Part shown: one piece after another, positions 47,380 to 57,957 of the stretch
Position numbering within the stretch: the stretch's first letter is position 1
Layout of the letters: each line of letters begins with the position of its first letter
DNA from: Candidatus Bathyarchaeia archaeon
Lineage (GTDB): Archaea > Thermoproteota > Bathyarchaeia > 40CM-2-53-6
Length of the DNA: 64,000 nt
Assembly (NCBI GenBank): GCA_050013255.1
Contig: JBEKFP010000001.1
Span: forward strand, 544,001 to 608,000
Direction: 5' to 3'
Translations under genes and position numbers: made by a program
The notes under the pieces: model-generated
Told to the model about the DNA's origin: nothing
Database searches by the model: none
The model's input: the letters and a program-made list of their open reading frames with translations, nothing else

Positions 47380-47826
47380 TTGCCAGTTGAGGTACCTGAG
47401 AAAGATACAATCGGCCAAGTGATGAGCAGCCCGGTCACAACGATGGACTCAAACGGTACGCTTGACCTTGCCGCGAAATTAATGGTTCAACACGATATAG
47501 GATCGGTTATTGTGGTCGATGGAAAGAACCCTGCCGGGATTGTTACTGAACGAGACGTAACGAAACAAGCGATCAAGGCAAGTAATGTACTCAAGATGCC
47601 AATCAAACAGGTAATGTCTAAACCACTTGTTACAACAACGCCTAGCATGTCTGTTCAAGATGCCTTGGAGTTGATGCTCACGAACAAGGTCCGCCGTCTA
47701 CCTGTTCTTGAAGGCAAAGAAATGCGAGGAATAGTCACGACACAAGATATCATGCGTTGGGTTCTCCGCGTTTCATATGAGCCCAATATACCAAAACACG
47801 TCAAAGCGATCTTGGAAATACACTAA
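47380..47826 (+). CDS. CBS-pair protein
   Basis: GIVTERD, RRLPVL, GIVTTQD; GGAGG RBS before TTG 47380. Confidence 0.92.
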   Translation: MPVEVPEKDTIGQVMSSPVTTMDSNGTLDLAAKLMVQHDIGSVIVVDGKNPAGIVTERDVTKQAIKASNVLKMPIKQVMSKPLVTTTPSMSVQDALELMLTNKVRRLPVLEGKEMRGIVTTQDIMRWVLRVSYEPNIPKHVKAILEIH

Positions 47827-47891
47827 GCGGCCTCAATTCCCAACTATCTGTTGCCTCTGGGCTTTGGGGAATTACACGGAGGACCAGAGCG

Positions 47892-49043
47892 CTGAAGGTC
47901 GCAATATTCGGTTCTGGTTTGATGGGTTCGGCAATAGCGCGGGACCTGGTTAGATCGAAAGTTGTTGACGAGGTCTCGGTTTACGATGTTGATCGAAAAC
48001 GCTTGAACGCATTGGCGCGGGGAGTGAACTCAAGCAAGCTGTCGGTCAAGGTTCATGATGTGCGCCGTCGTTCAAACACCGTCAGGCTTCTGAAGCGATT
48101 TGATGTTGGCGTAGGAGCTCTACCTCACGGGTTGAGTGAGTATGCTATCGAATCAACGATTCGGGCAGGAGTCAATTTCGTTGACCTGATCTTTGGATGG
48201 CGCTTCGGACAGAAGGAAGTCCATAGAGCAGCTCGGAGAAAAGGGATGACGATAATACCTGCGTGCGGGTTGGCCCCCGGCTTAACCAACATCCTCTCGA
48301 TGGCTGCAGCAGAGCAAATGAGTAAAGTTCACGAAGTTCACATAAAAGTCGGTGGCATCCCAGAACAGCCAAAGCCTCCGCTGAACTATCGAATCGTCTT
48401 CTCCTTTGAAGCAGTTCTTGAGGAGTACCTTCGGAAAGCAAGAATCGTCAAGAACGGAAGAACCACAGACGTCCCAGCTCTAAGCGGTCTTGAGATGGTG
48501 AGATTTCGCCCGCCGGTGGGGTATTGCGAGTGTTTCTACACCGATGGGCTATCCACCCTTGTACAAACAATGAAGGGAGTTCGTGAGATGGATGAAAAAA
48601 CAATTCGTTGGCCAGGCCATGTTGCCCAAATCAAGACGCTGATCGAGTGTGGACTACTCGAAAACGAACCTGCATACTTCGAAGGAAACCTTGTTGTCCC
48701 TCGCAAGTTTGTGGCCAAGATGTTGTCCGATCGAATCAACCTTGGCAACGAGAAGGATCTCACCTTGCTCAGAGTCGACCTAACAGGAACGAGGAAGAAT
48801 GAGAGAGTGCACCATCGGTATGAAATGATAGATCACTACGATGACAGACAGAGAATGACCTCCATGGCACGAACCACAGCCTTCCCATGCTCAATCGCGG
48901 CCCAAATGCTAGGTACAGGCAAAATTACTGAGAAAGGGCTTGTCCCCCCAGAAACAGCCTTTAGAGGAGAACTGCGCGCGACGTTCCTCAGATACTTGCA
49001 CCTGAGAGGAATGAAAATCAGTTCTAGAACCATGCGGCCGTAA
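47892..49043 (+). CDS. Saccharopine dehydrogenase / lysine 6-dehydrogenase family protein
   Basis: KVAIFGSGLMG Rossmann motif (needs CTG start 47892), CGLAPG, VGGIP, TDGLSTL, EKTIRWPGH, SMARTTAF. Confidence 0.9.
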   Translation: MKVAIFGSGLMGSAIARDLVRSKVVDEVSVYDVDRKRLNALARGVNSSKLSVKVHDVRRRSNTVRLLKRFDVGVGALPHGLSEYAIESTIRAGVNFVDLIFGWRFGQKEVHRAARRKGMTIIPACGLAPGLTNILSMAAAEQMSKVHEVHIKVGGIPEQPKPPLNYRIVFSFEAVLEEYLRKARIVKNGRTTDVPALSGLEMVRFRPPVGYCECFYTDGLSTLVQTMKGVREMDEKTIRWPGHVAQIKTLIECGLLENEPAYFEGNLVVPRKFVAKMLSDRINLGNEKDLTLLRVDLTGTRKNERVHHRYEMIDHYDDRQRMTSMARTTAFPCSIAAQMLGTGKITEKGLVPPETAFRGELRATFLRYLHLRGMKISSRTMRP

Positions 49044-49181
49044 GAACTCGTCTAGTCCTCTTCCATGATTCGCCGAGAGAGTTTCTATTTTTAATGGATT
49101 TCGAAAACCGGTTCTGGTAACCGTTGATTTGTCTTATATCAAATCTCAAGGCATGGACAACGAAAGAAGTACGAGAGCTGG

Positions 49182-50039
49182 GTGCAAACAATGGTAGGTC
49201 TCGACAGAACAACTCGAATCGATACCGTCGGCGACGTCATGACGGGATGGGTAGTTACGGTTGGCCCCACGGATTCATTGTTGACTGCCCGAGACCTGAT
49301 GACCCGAAACCAAGTGTCTCAACTTGTAGTCGTAGATCAGCGTAACCGGCCTGTCGGCTTCATATCCAAACGTGCAATCGCTCGATTTCTCCTAGAGGAT
49401 TCGACAACACGCGGCCTAGAAGACATCCCAGTTTCAGAAGCCACCACCGATTCAATTCCGACCCTTAGGCTGGACTTCCCGGTTTTCAATGCCGCACGTC
49501 TTTTTGACACGGAAAACATCGCCTACGCTGTAATCAGCAACGATGATCCCCTTGCAGGAATTATGACGGAAACAGACCTCTGTCACTACTATTCGCAGAA
49601 GTGGCCTCACAAATTCAAGGTCGCTGATTTCATGACCAGAGATTTCATCTTCGCGAAAAGCAACTACCCTGCGGTACATGTAGCTCACGCAATAGTTTTC
49701 CGTCAGCCAAGCGTCCCCGTCATAGATGAGGAGCTAGTGGGCATCCTAACTCTATCGAACATCCTATCAATCAGAGAGAAGACACCCAAACCATCGAATG
49801 GAAGGTTGACCGGAACGCAAGAGAAGGATGTTGCGCTGATTACCACGAAAGAGCTGATGACGCCAAACCCAATTACAACCTACGAAGATACAGACTTGGC
49901 ACAGGCAGCGCAGATAATCATCACCAAGGGAATAGGAAGCCTCCCGGTAACAGACAAGGAACCGAATGTAGTAGGCCTTCTCACCAAACATGACATTGTC
50001 AAAGCACTCGGCACAATCGGCAGAAACCTGATTGCATAG
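49182..50039 (+). CDS. Four-CBS-domain protein
   Basis: Four CBS repeats (VGFIS, AGIMTETD, VGILT, VGLLTKHD). Confidence 0.9.
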   Translation: MQTMVGLDRTTRIDTVGDVMTGWVVTVGPTDSLLTARDLMTRNQVSQLVVVDQRNRPVGFISKRAIARFLLEDSTTRGLEDIPVSEATTDSIPTLRLDFPVFNAARLFDTENIAYAVISNDDPLAGIMTETDLCHYYSQKWPHKFKVADFMTRDFIFAKSNYPAVHVAHAIVFRQPSVPVIDEELVGILTLSNILSIREKTPKPSNGRLTGTQEKDVALITTKELMTPNPITTYEDTDLAQAAQIIITKGIGSLPVTDKEPNVVGLLTKHDIVKALGTIGRNLIA

Positions 50040-50117
50040 GCCTGAATTAATCATGACTGATTACTAGGAGCACGCACACCAGTTTCGCTAAGATTCTTAC
50101 CGTTCAACCATTGGCGA

Positions 50118-50900
50118 TTATGCTCCGAATAGTCGCGGGATAAGGGACCCGACGAGATATCCGATTGCGGCGGAACCGCCTCCGATAAATAGCACTTGAA
50201 TCCCGCTACGGAGCAGCGCCATCCTAGCTAAACGCCCCTTTACCACGCCCAATACAAACAGAGCGAACGCAGTCGTTACGAGCGAGACTGGTAGTGCGAG
50301 AACCAAGGGCCACAGAAGATACGGCCATAGCGGTATGAGGGCGGCGCTAGCATAGGATGAACCTACAACGATTGCGTCCTTGGGCGCCGTATTCGTTTCT
50401 CCGTGTGGTAGGCCTAATTCCTTCTCTATCATTGTCTTGTTTAGAGAAGTAGTTGACCGAGCGATGATTTCGCTTGCCAGTTTTGCGTCTTCCGTGCTGA
50501 GTTCCTCTTCTCTCAATAGCATTTCGAGTTCCAGACGCTCCACTTCTGGATGGTCTCTGATTTGAGATGTTTCATCCTCGATTTCTGATCGGAACAATTG
50601 GTTCTCGGCCTGACTGGCTAAGAAGCTAGCAGTACCCATCGCGAGCGCCCCGGCAGCGGCCTCTGCTAGGCCACCAACTATGACTGTGACTGGGCTGAAG
50701 GCCGCAGCTGCTAAACCTGTAACAACGGCTAAGGGTACAAGTAAGCCGTCTTGGAATCCGAGAACAAGTTCCCGCACGCGTGAGAGGCGAGAGATCCTTC
50801 CCTTTTCGCTGAGGGCTCTAATCCGTAGTTCCTCTCCTGAGGTGGGGTGCGGAGGTCGTTTACTTCTGGACTTGAGCCGATGATTTGTGGGGTTAGTCAA
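50118..50900 (-). CDS. VIT1/CCC1 family Fe/Mn transporter
   Basis: RELVLGFQDGL, AGALAM, Glu-rich cytosolic domain, ELG. Confidence 0.92.
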   Translation of the reverse strand: MTNPTNHRLKSRSKRPPHPTSGEELRIRALSEKGRISRLSRVRELVLGFQDGLLVPLAVVTGLAAAAFSPVTVIVGGLAEAAAGALAMGTASFLASQAENQLFRSEIEDETSQIRDHPEVERLELEMLLREEELSTEDAKLASEIIARSTTSLNKTMIEKELGLPHGETNTAPKDAIVVGSSYASAALIPLWPYLLWPLVLALPVSLVTTAFALFVLGVVKGRLARMALLRSGIQVLFIGGGSAAIGYLVGSLIPRLFGA

Positions 50901-51135
50901 ATGATAACACCCAATGATCTGAGTTGGTCAAGTTTGACAACTACCAAGCTTCCTAGTTGACGTAGCTAGGATGGCGGTGCGGACCGCGGTTTAAGCTAGT
51001 TCACCAACTCCCGGTACTGATTGGGTGCGTTAGAGTTAAACTGGAATTCGAAACGCAAGAAAACTATGCGGTTTGAGATGTCAACTACCAGGCTCAAATA
51101 ACTGAAGATATCAGATTCATTTAACTCAAAGAGTC

Positions 51136-51780
51136 ATGCTCATCATGGACCTATTCCGCTTCGTCGCCACCGTAGTTGTAGTAACAGCTTCAGGCGCGCT
51201 TGCTCCTGGTCCGTTGTTCTTCGGTTTACTCATGCACAGTTCTAAGGAAGGGGCTCGGGCCGGTTTTTTCGCGGCTATCGGACATACGCTCGTGGAGTTT
51301 CCGCTAGTCCTTGCTCTCGCCATGGGCTTGCTCGCGGCCGCGAGTCAACCGATGATCAAAGGAGTGATCGGCGTGGTTGGGGGCGCGGGGTTAATTGGTT
51401 TCGGTGTGATGCAAATCTATGGAACGCTCAGGAGCAAACCCCGACCGGATGAAATTCACACGACGAAAAGCTTGCCCGCAAGTTCTCTCGTTCTTGGCTT
51501 GGTGCTGACCGGGCTTAATCCCTACTTTATTCTCTGGTGGCTAACGATAGGTTCAATTCTAATCGTCCAAGCTTTAGCTTTCGCAGCTATCGTCGGCGTA
51601 CTGGTGATGTATGCCTCACATGTCTGGATGGACTACGCATTTCTGACGGCGATAGCCCATCTAGGCAAGAAGGGTAAGGGGATTGTTGGTTCAAGATACT
51701 ACAAGCTCGTCCTCATCGCCTTTGGGTTAATCCTCACCTACTACGGTGCAACTTTCGTAATAGAGGCCGCCAAGGTGTGA
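51136..51780 (+). CDS. LysE family translocator
   Basis: SGALAPGPL, GHTLVE, NPYFILWW, HVWMD. Confidence 0.9.
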   Translation: MLIMDLFRFVATVVVVTASGALAPGPLFFGLLMHSSKEGARAGFFAAIGHTLVEFPLVLALAMGLLAAASQPMIKGVIGVVGGAGLIGFGVMQIYGTLRSKPRPDEIHTTKSLPASSLVLGLVLTGLNPYFILWWLTIGSILIVQALAFAAIVGVLVMYASHVWMDYAFLTAIAHLGKKGKGIVGSRYYKLVLIAFGLILTYYGATFVIEAAKV

Positions 51781-51828
51781 ACACGGAACGATTCCGTGAG
51801 AGGTCACTAGTTTTCTGCAAGAAAGAAT

Positions 51829-53304
51829 CTAGGTTTCAGACCTCGATATTCTCGCAATCTTCGCCTTGTAAATGATACCAATTGCACTTAGACCTGAAGC
51901 TCCCATGATCAGTACACCTAGAATGTAAAGCCAGTAAGACAATCCACCGATCGAAGGATCGACAAAAGTCCATAAAGACGTCCCTAAGGTTGCTACTAAG
52001 ACACCAACACCGGCCAACCAACCAGTGGCACGCTTCATCGTCCCACCGACACCATAGTAGTCAACACCCAGAAGCACCAAAGCCATGGCCGCTAGTGTCA
52101 TAATACCGAACATTGGGTTGACATTTGCGAACACGTCGTGGTTCGCAGCCAAGGTCGAACCAAAAAGATCTTCATGGAACTCTATGTAAAACCCCTCAAT
52201 TACGCTGTTCACAACCGCAGCAACCCAGATACCAAGCAAAGTCAACCTGACGCTGTCCTTCCATGAACTCTTTCCGTTTAGCTTGGTCAACGCCAGAGGA
52301 ATCAGCGCGATCATAGCTCCGAGAGCAGTGATCGTCATTACTGTATCGTCCCCTGCCATACCATTCACACCGTCAGGCCCACTTTGGAAGAGAGTGGGAG
52401 GAGCAAAATTGAGTGCGGCCTCAAAAATGAAAATGACCGTGACCGCGACCAAGCCGATTGAAGTTATCCACAAACCAAGGCTGGCCACATTTCTCCTTGA
52501 CCCTTTCAAATCTGAAAACTTGAAACGTGTCGCGACTAAAGCAACAACTCCCGTCATAATGGCGATCCCCATATCATGCGAGTGAGGACCAGCCAGAGCG
52601 GCCACAAAGGTCCCCGCGTCCCCGAAAAATGGGATGAAAACAGAAAAAATACCCACACCAAAAATCATCATCCAAAGATTTAGGAATCCAATCATTCCTG
52701 CGATAAAAGCCGAACCTACGGAGAACAATGCTAGCCAGTAGCCCGCCCCAGCCTTTGAGTACACTGAGAAATCCTTCCTGCCCGGAAACATTCTGAGCAC
52801 GTATTGTGGCCACATACGAGGTGGGAATGCCTTCATTTTCGGCGCGTAAGTTCCGGCCTGCTTTCTTGGCATGAGTAGGAGTTGAACGAAGAGGGCGCCA
52901 CCCACGTCACCGATCAAGATGAACGCTACGACATACAAACCCAAAGGTATGTCAGGAAAACTCGCGTCAAGGGTCGGGCTCAAGTAAAAAACGCCGCCGG
53001 CTGCTGCAAAGACAACAGCGGCAAAAGCTCTGTAGGATATGGGAAAATCAATTGGAGGCTCGTATTTCTGAAGATTGAAAATTGAAATCACCAAATAGGT
53101 GGCTAAGGCGGCAATTCCTATACCTATTGAATGGAAAAATAATATGCCATAGTACGTATCCAACCCTGGAGGTAAACCGAGGAAGGCGTATAGGCCTGCC
53201 GTGACCACGATGACTAGGGTCGTCGCCCACATGAGCGATTTGAGCGACAACATGTAGTTGTGGGTATAGGTAACTGCCCCTACTTCTTGAACAGCCTTCA
53301 ACAA
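51829..53304 (-). CDS. Uncharacterised ~12-TM membrane protein with intramembrane His
   Basis: FFHSIG, GPHSHDMG, EFHE, ANHD; start uncertain (ORF open to 53367). Confidence 0.8.
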   Translation of the reverse strand: MLKAVQEVGAVTYTHNYMLSLKSLMWATTLVIVVTAGLYAFLGLPPGLDTYYGILFFHSIGIGIAALATYLVISIFNLQKYEPPIDFPISYRAFAAVVFAAAGGVFYLSPTLDASFPDIPLGLYVVAFILIGDVGGALFVQLLLMPRKQAGTYAPKMKAFPPRMWPQYVLRMFPGRKDFSVYSKAGAGYWLALFSVGSAFIAGMIGFLNLWMMIFGVGIFSVFIPFFGDAGTFVAALAGPHSHDMGIAIMTGVVALVATRFKFSDLKGSRRNVASLGLWITSIGLVAVTVIFIFEAALNFAPPTLFQSGPDGVNGMAGDDTVMTITALGAMIALIPLALTKLNGKSSWKDSVRLTLLGIWVAAVVNSVIEGFYIEFHEDLFGSTLAANHDVFANVNPMFGIMTLAAMALVLLGVDYYGVGGTMKRATGWLAGVGVLVATLGTSLWTFVDPSIGGLSYWLYILGVLIMGASGLSAIGIIYKAKIARISRSET

Positions 53305-53504
53305 GATCCCGCACGGGTTTACTCGGTAATTACTTAAGGTGTTCGCATGCTGAGTAAGTATGAACATAATCCGGATTGACGGGAAGTAGAGGGAGCCTGC
53401 TCTAATCTACCATGGACCTCCGTTCTGGATGCGGTTAGCGCGTAGAGTCCTTTCCCGGCATTGTTCGCTTTTATTGCTGGGAGTCGGAATCATCCCGGTT
53501 TACT

Positions 53505-53867
53505 ATGACTGCAACCAATCCTGCTCCCGTCAAACCATTCGTACCCATTGACGTACTAAACGAGATTGACATTCGAGTTGGGACAATTGACCTTGTTGAG
53601 GAAGTGAAAGGATCGGACAAATTGATGAAGCTGACTGTGAACTTCGGAAACCATAAAAGAAGCATACTGACCGGAATCAGAAAAGAACGCCCAAATCCGA
53701 AGGAGGTTGAAGGAAAACAGGCTCTATTCATCGTCAACCTCGAACCCAAGAGAATGTTTGGAGAACTTTCTGAAGGGATGCTCTTAGACATAGGGTATGC
53801 TGATGGAATTGTCCCTGTGCTTGCAGTGCCGGAACGGCCCGTACCTAATGGCGCGCGGGCCGGGTGA
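53505..53867 (+). CDS. tRNA-binding OB-fold protein (CsaA/Trbp111 family)
   Basis: IDIRVGTI, SDKL, VNLEPKRMFGELSEGML. Confidence 0.92.
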   Translation: MTATNPAPVKPFVPIDVLNEIDIRVGTIDLVEEVKGSDKLMKLTVNFGNHKRSILTGIRKERPNPKEVEGKQALFIVNLEPKRMFGELSEGMLLDIGYADGIVPVLAVPERPVPNGARAG

Positions 53868-53933
53868 CTTCTTGGCTCAAACAATGAATTATAGAAAGAA
53901 AAGGTGGAGGAGAGTTGGGTGCTGAGTCTTAGC

Positions 53934-54479
53934 TTAGTGTTTGGAGCGCATTGCAATCAGATATCCTAATCCTCCGGCGAAGAATCCGATTAGGCCGAGA
54001 ATTAGAAAGATCGCTATTGGTTCACTGTAGTATTGTAGGATGTTCACATGTACTTGCCCTGTGTTCCATCCCATACCTCCGAACGTAGTAGGTTGCATGG
54101 CGGCACCACCAAGGTATCCACCTGCCATGGCTAGGAATGCCGCGCCCGCTACGCCGATGTTGCCGAGAACTAGATGTATCCAAGCCAATATTTTCGACGC
54201 GCCCTTGTAGGTCCTGCCTTGCACGGTCTCAATGAAGAAGTAAAACAGTGAAGTCACCGCGATCCCGACCACGCCGACTATCAAGTAGGTGAGGTATCCC
54301 ACGGTGAACCAAGTTCCTGCTTCCCCACTTGCGATTACTCTGGAGACTGCAACCGGCAACAAGCGGATTTGATCGCCGAAGCCACCTAGAAATGTAATGA
54401 CTGCTGCGGCTGCACCTTGGATCATTGCTGCGTATAGAAATAGACTGGCCATTTTGCTTTGGGCTCCTTTTGTTTGCAA
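53934..54479 (-). CDS. Four-TM hypothetical membrane protein (CoxI-repeat-like)
   Basis: GGAGG RBS; GTWFTVGY, LFYFFIE, LAWIHLVLGNIG. Confidence 0.8.
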   Translation of the reverse strand: MQTKGAQSKMASLFLYAAMIQGAAAAVITFLGGFGDQIRLLPVAVSRVIASGEAGTWFTVGYLTYLIVGVVGIAVTSLFYFFIETVQGRTYKGASKILAWIHLVLGNIGVAGAAFLAMAGGYLGGAAMQPTTFGGMGWNTGQVHVNILQYYSEPIAIFLILGLIGFFAGGLGYLIAMRSKH

Positions 54480-54622
54480 TTTTATCCCTCCCTCAAAGTT
54501 GTGATGCGGTAAGTATCATCTAACCCCATTTAAGAGCCAAGTATATGTTTTCCATACGAGAAAATAAAAAATCAAATACGAGCCCCCAAACGACCCAGCG
54601 TTAACTGGGACCGTTCCAGCTC

Positions 54623-55333
54623 CTACTTAGCCCAACATTGACCTCGACTTGTGATGTCCAACTGCTCGATGAGTAACGGCAGATCGTTTACTGATCCTAG
54701 AAGGTAGTCTGGTTCAGCTTGAATCAATCTATCGCTCCGGAACGGCCCTGTAGCAACAGCAGCAGAACGTAACCCTGCCGCCCGCGCCGCCATGATGTCG
54801 ATGACACCATCGCCTACAAGAATGGCCTCTTCGGGTGTGACATTCATTTCGGTCAGAAGTTTTCGAACCGGGGCGCCGTCCGGTTTCATCTCTTCGCAGT
54901 CATCTCTCGTAACGATAGCGTCGAAGAAGGTTGTCAGTTGGCATCGCCTGAGAGTTATTTCTGTGCCAGCATGCCCGTTGTTCGTTACTAGTCCAATTCT
55001 CAGGCCGCGAGCACGGAGCACTTGGAGCGTCTCAACAGCACCGGGGTACAAGGTAACCTCGTTCGCGGCTTTGACTTCCATGTCTTCAAGGAGGTCGTAG
55101 AATCTTCGCCGGAGGCTTGTGAACCTATCAGTATCCAGTTCATCCTTCAGTTTCTTGAGGATAAGATAGAGGCTGAGTTGTTCACTCATTTCCGGCGTGC
55201 GCAGGTTTAGTTTGTCAACTTCCCGCAGTGCTTTGCGTCGGGCAGCCATGTAGTCGAGGTTGAACTTCGTTATCGTTCCATCCATGTCCATTACGATGCC
55301 TTTGATCGTCAAGCACTTGTCTTCCAGAAGCAT
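54623..55333 (-). CDS. HAD family phosphatase (phosphoglycolate phosphatase-like)
   Basis: DMDGT, VTNN, KPD, VGDGVIDI. Confidence 0.93.
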   Translation of the reverse strand: MLLEDKCLTIKGIVMDMDGTITKFNLDYMAARRKALREVDKLNLRTPEMSEQLSLYLILKKLKDELDTDRFTSLRRRFYDLLEDMEVKAANEVTLYPGAVETLQVLRARGLRIGLVTNNGHAGTEITLRRCQLTTFFDAIVTRDDCEEMKPDGAPVRKLLTEMNVTPEEAILVGDGVIDIMAARAAGLRSAAVATGPFRSDRLIQAEPDYLLGSVNDLPLLIEQLDITSRGQCWAK

Positions 55334-55385
55334 TGTCTGGCAACGACTAATAGTGGAATTCATTAAAGGTTGATGATGATTACCC

Positions 55386-55964
55386 ATGCCCTGGAAAGAG
55401 GTTGACCTAGCTAGGGTCCACAGATTGTTCTATCCGCAAGTTCCAGTCGTCATCACCTGCGAGTTTGATGGAAGAGTTGGGGGAATGCCTGCTATCTGGT
55501 GCATGCCCCTCTCGTTCAACCCTCCCTTGGTCGGAGTCGCCATCGCACCGGAACATGAGACCTACAGAATGATTATGGGCGCACGGGCGTTCGGTATCAA
55601 TTGGCTAGGTTTCTCTCATGCTGGACAGATTGGTGAGCTTGGTGAGACCTCAGCCAAAACCTACATTAACAAACTCTCGGCGGCCGGTTTCAAAACAATC
55701 AAAGGCAAGAGAACGTCCCAACCCCTAATCCAAGAAGCCTCCGCGGCCCTGGAATGCCGCCTCAACGAAACGCACCGAACCGGGACACATGAACTCGTGG
55801 TCGGCGAAGCAGTAGACGCAATGGCGAATAGCGACTTTGTCGACTACTGGAACCTCTCAAGATACACCCCCCTTCTCTACGTTGGGACAGTGAATGGTAA
55901 GGAAAAGAGCTGGGTCTTCAGATCAGTGCGTGGGAAGTCCGTGGAAGTCCCTCTCAGACACTAG
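55386..55964 (+). CDS. Flavin reductase-like FMN-binding protein
   Basis: PLSFNPPLVGVAI, FGINW, AALEC, GTHELVVGE. Confidence 0.9.
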   Translation: MPWKEVDLARVHRLFYPQVPVVITCEFDGRVGGMPAIWCMPLSFNPPLVGVAIAPEHETYRMIMGARAFGINWLGFSHAGQIGELGETSAKTYINKLSAAGFKTIKGKRTSQPLIQEASAALECRLNETHRTGTHELVVGEAVDAMANSDFVDYWNLSRYTPLLYVGTVNGKEKSWVFRSVRGKSVEVPLRH

Positions 55965-57325
55965 GTTCGAGCGAAGTTCTCCACAATCGTCCCTGCATAC
56001 TCGATTCCCCTGAAGAAATCCTCCACCACTTCAAACTCGTTCGGTGCATGCGCATGCGAAAATGCCGAGGCACATCCCGCCCAAACAGAATTTAGACCCA
56101 ACCTCTTCGTGAAGAGATAATCCGGGCCAGAACCTGCGGCGGTCGGAGACACAGACGCCTCATTCTTGAACACCTGTTTTGCAGCCGAGATGACTGCTCG
56201 AGCGATAGGTGCATCGATAGGGGTCTTCGAAGGTTCTACGCTGTTTAGCTTTACAACTTCAATGTCTCGGAAATTGTGCTTTCTCAGGTGTACTTCCAAT
56301 TTCTTGAGGAGGTCTTCAGGGTTTTGGTCATAGACCAACCTGAAGTCAAGTTTGGCCATGGCCTTGCTGGGGAGAACTGTTTTGGAGCCTTTCGCTGTAT
56401 ATCCGGTGATAAAGCCGCAGACATTGCAGGTTGGTTCGTAGAGGAGAACTCTCAGTGCCTCGAATCCTCTTCTTTCAAGCAAGAAAGAGGATAGGCCCAT
56501 CTCTGACTTATTCCTCTCTTCGTCGAACGGCATTTTCCTCAGGAGTTCAAGTTCGGCCGGAGTCGGTTTGTGTACTCGATCGTACCAACCATCAATCCTG
56601 ATCTTTTCATCACCTTGCTTAATCGAGCCGAGTGCCCAGATTATGCGCCACGCGGGATTCGGAGCCAGTGGGGCTAGGGAAGAGTGAAGATCGACCTTCG
56701 GCCCAGACGCATGGAGCTCGACGTAGAGTATGCCTTTCACACCCAAAACGACCTCAGGCCTGCCCGTTTCATCTATTCCTCCGTCAAAGCACACGTCAGC
56801 GTCAGCTTTCAACTTCAATCTATTTTCCTCCACAAAGTGCGGAAGATGAGGACTGCCGATTTCCTCCTCACCTTCGAAGAAGAATTTCAAGTTGACAGGC
56901 AATTCGCTATTGGTATTCCGATAGGCTTCCACCATTTTGACCAACGCCATTACGTTGTTCTTCGAATCGGAAGCACCGCGCGCAAAGATTTTCCCATTTT
57001 TCAACTCCGCCTCAAAGGGATCCGACTTCCATTCTTCTAGAGGCTCAGGGGGTTGTACATCATAATGACCATAGAACAATAACGTCTGCTTCGACTTCTT
57101 GTTCAGGACACTACCCAACAGGACTGGGTTCCCGTCGGGCTCGTCCACAAGTTCAGTTTCTATTCCTGCTTTTCGCATGAACCGTTCCAGAAGATTGGCG
57201 CATTCACGGATTCCGTGTGCCTGCGCCGAAACGCTCGGTTGCCTGAGCAATGTTCGAAAGTCCTCTAGTATCCTGTCTCGATTGCTGGTCACGTAGGCAG
57301 CGGCGCTACGATTCATCCTATCCAC
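55961..57325 (-). CDS. M20 family metallopeptidase / amidohydrolase
   Basis: YGHYDVQP, ARGASDSK, EGEEEIGS, HAPNE. Confidence 0.95.
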   Translation of the reverse strand: MDRMNRSAAAYVTSNRDRILEDFRTLLRQPSVSAQAHGIRECANLLERFMRKAGIETELVDEPDGNPVLLGSVLNKKSKQTLLFYGHYDVQPPEPLEEWKSDPFEAELKNGKIFARGASDSKNNVMALVKMVEAYRNTNSELPVNLKFFFEGEEEIGSPHLPHFVEENRLKLKADADVCFDGGIDETGRPEVVLGVKGILYVELHASGPKVDLHSSLAPLAPNPAWRIIWALGSIKQGDEKIRIDGWYDRVHKPTPAELELLRKMPFDEERNKSEMGLSSFLLERRGFEALRVLLYEPTCNVCGFITGYTAKGSKTVLPSKAMAKLDFRLVYDQNPEDLLKKLEVHLRKHNFRDIEVVKLNSVEPSKTPIDAPIARAVISAAKQVFKNEASVSPTAAGSGPDYLFTKRLGLNSVWAGCASAFSHAHAPNEFEVVEDFFRGIEYAGTIVENFART

Positions 57326-57423
57326 TGGCCAAACTTTGGTGCCGACCTCGTTGAAAACGGTTTCTTATGTCAATAGGTGGCAGTTTTAATTGTTGGCGAG
57401 TTGGTTTGCTTGAACGAGTCGCT

Positions 57424-57822
57424 TTGGAATTCACTAGGGCTGAGAAGCGGTTCATCGATGATAATGATGTGGCAAGATTCGCTACAGTGGACCCGGATGG
57501 GATCCCGCATGTGGTTCCGGTCTGTTACGTCCATAGTTCGGACGCGTTCTGGGTGGCAACTGATTACGGGACAAGAAAATACCGCAATCTCCAGAGGAAC
57601 GATAAAGTCGCCTTACTTGTCGATGCTGGTAGCGCGTCTAATTGCGGCATACTCGTCCAGGGACGGGCTAAGACCTTCGATAGAGGGCCGGAGTTCCGTG
57701 AGATTTATGACGTTTTTCACAGGAAATTCGATTGGGTTCGTGAAATGCCTTGGAAGGAAGGTGAGGCACCTTTCGTCAGGATTGAACCAATACGGAAGGT
57801 GAGTTGGGGACCGAAACAGTAA
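57424..57822 (+). CDS. Pyridoxamine 5'-phosphate oxidase-like (PPOX/F420-binding split barrel) protein
   Basis: ARFATVDPDGIPHVVPVC, KYRNL..NDKVALLVD, VSWG. Confidence 0.88.
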   Translation: MEFTRAEKRFIDDNDVARFATVDPDGIPHVVPVCYVHSSDAFWVATDYGTRKYRNLQRNDKVALLVDAGSASNCGILVQGRAKTFDRGPEFREIYDVFHRKFDWVREMPWKEGEAPFVRIEPIRKVSWGPKQ

Positions 57823-57957
57823 GACTATGCATTGCTGTGATGGGTGCAAATCTTAGAATAGTCTTAGCGGCCATTTGCCTGAGAATTTACAAGGTCTTGT
57901 TGAAATTTGCGTAGGCTTAATTTAGCGCCTTGCGGTGGGAGGTTTAGGTATTTGATT

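Noticed and set aside
50901-51135. Mn-sensing (yybP-ykoY) riboswitch upstream of the VIT1 gene
   Set aside because: Only a short hairpin and a 9-nt repeat; the conserved riboswitch elements are not recognisable.
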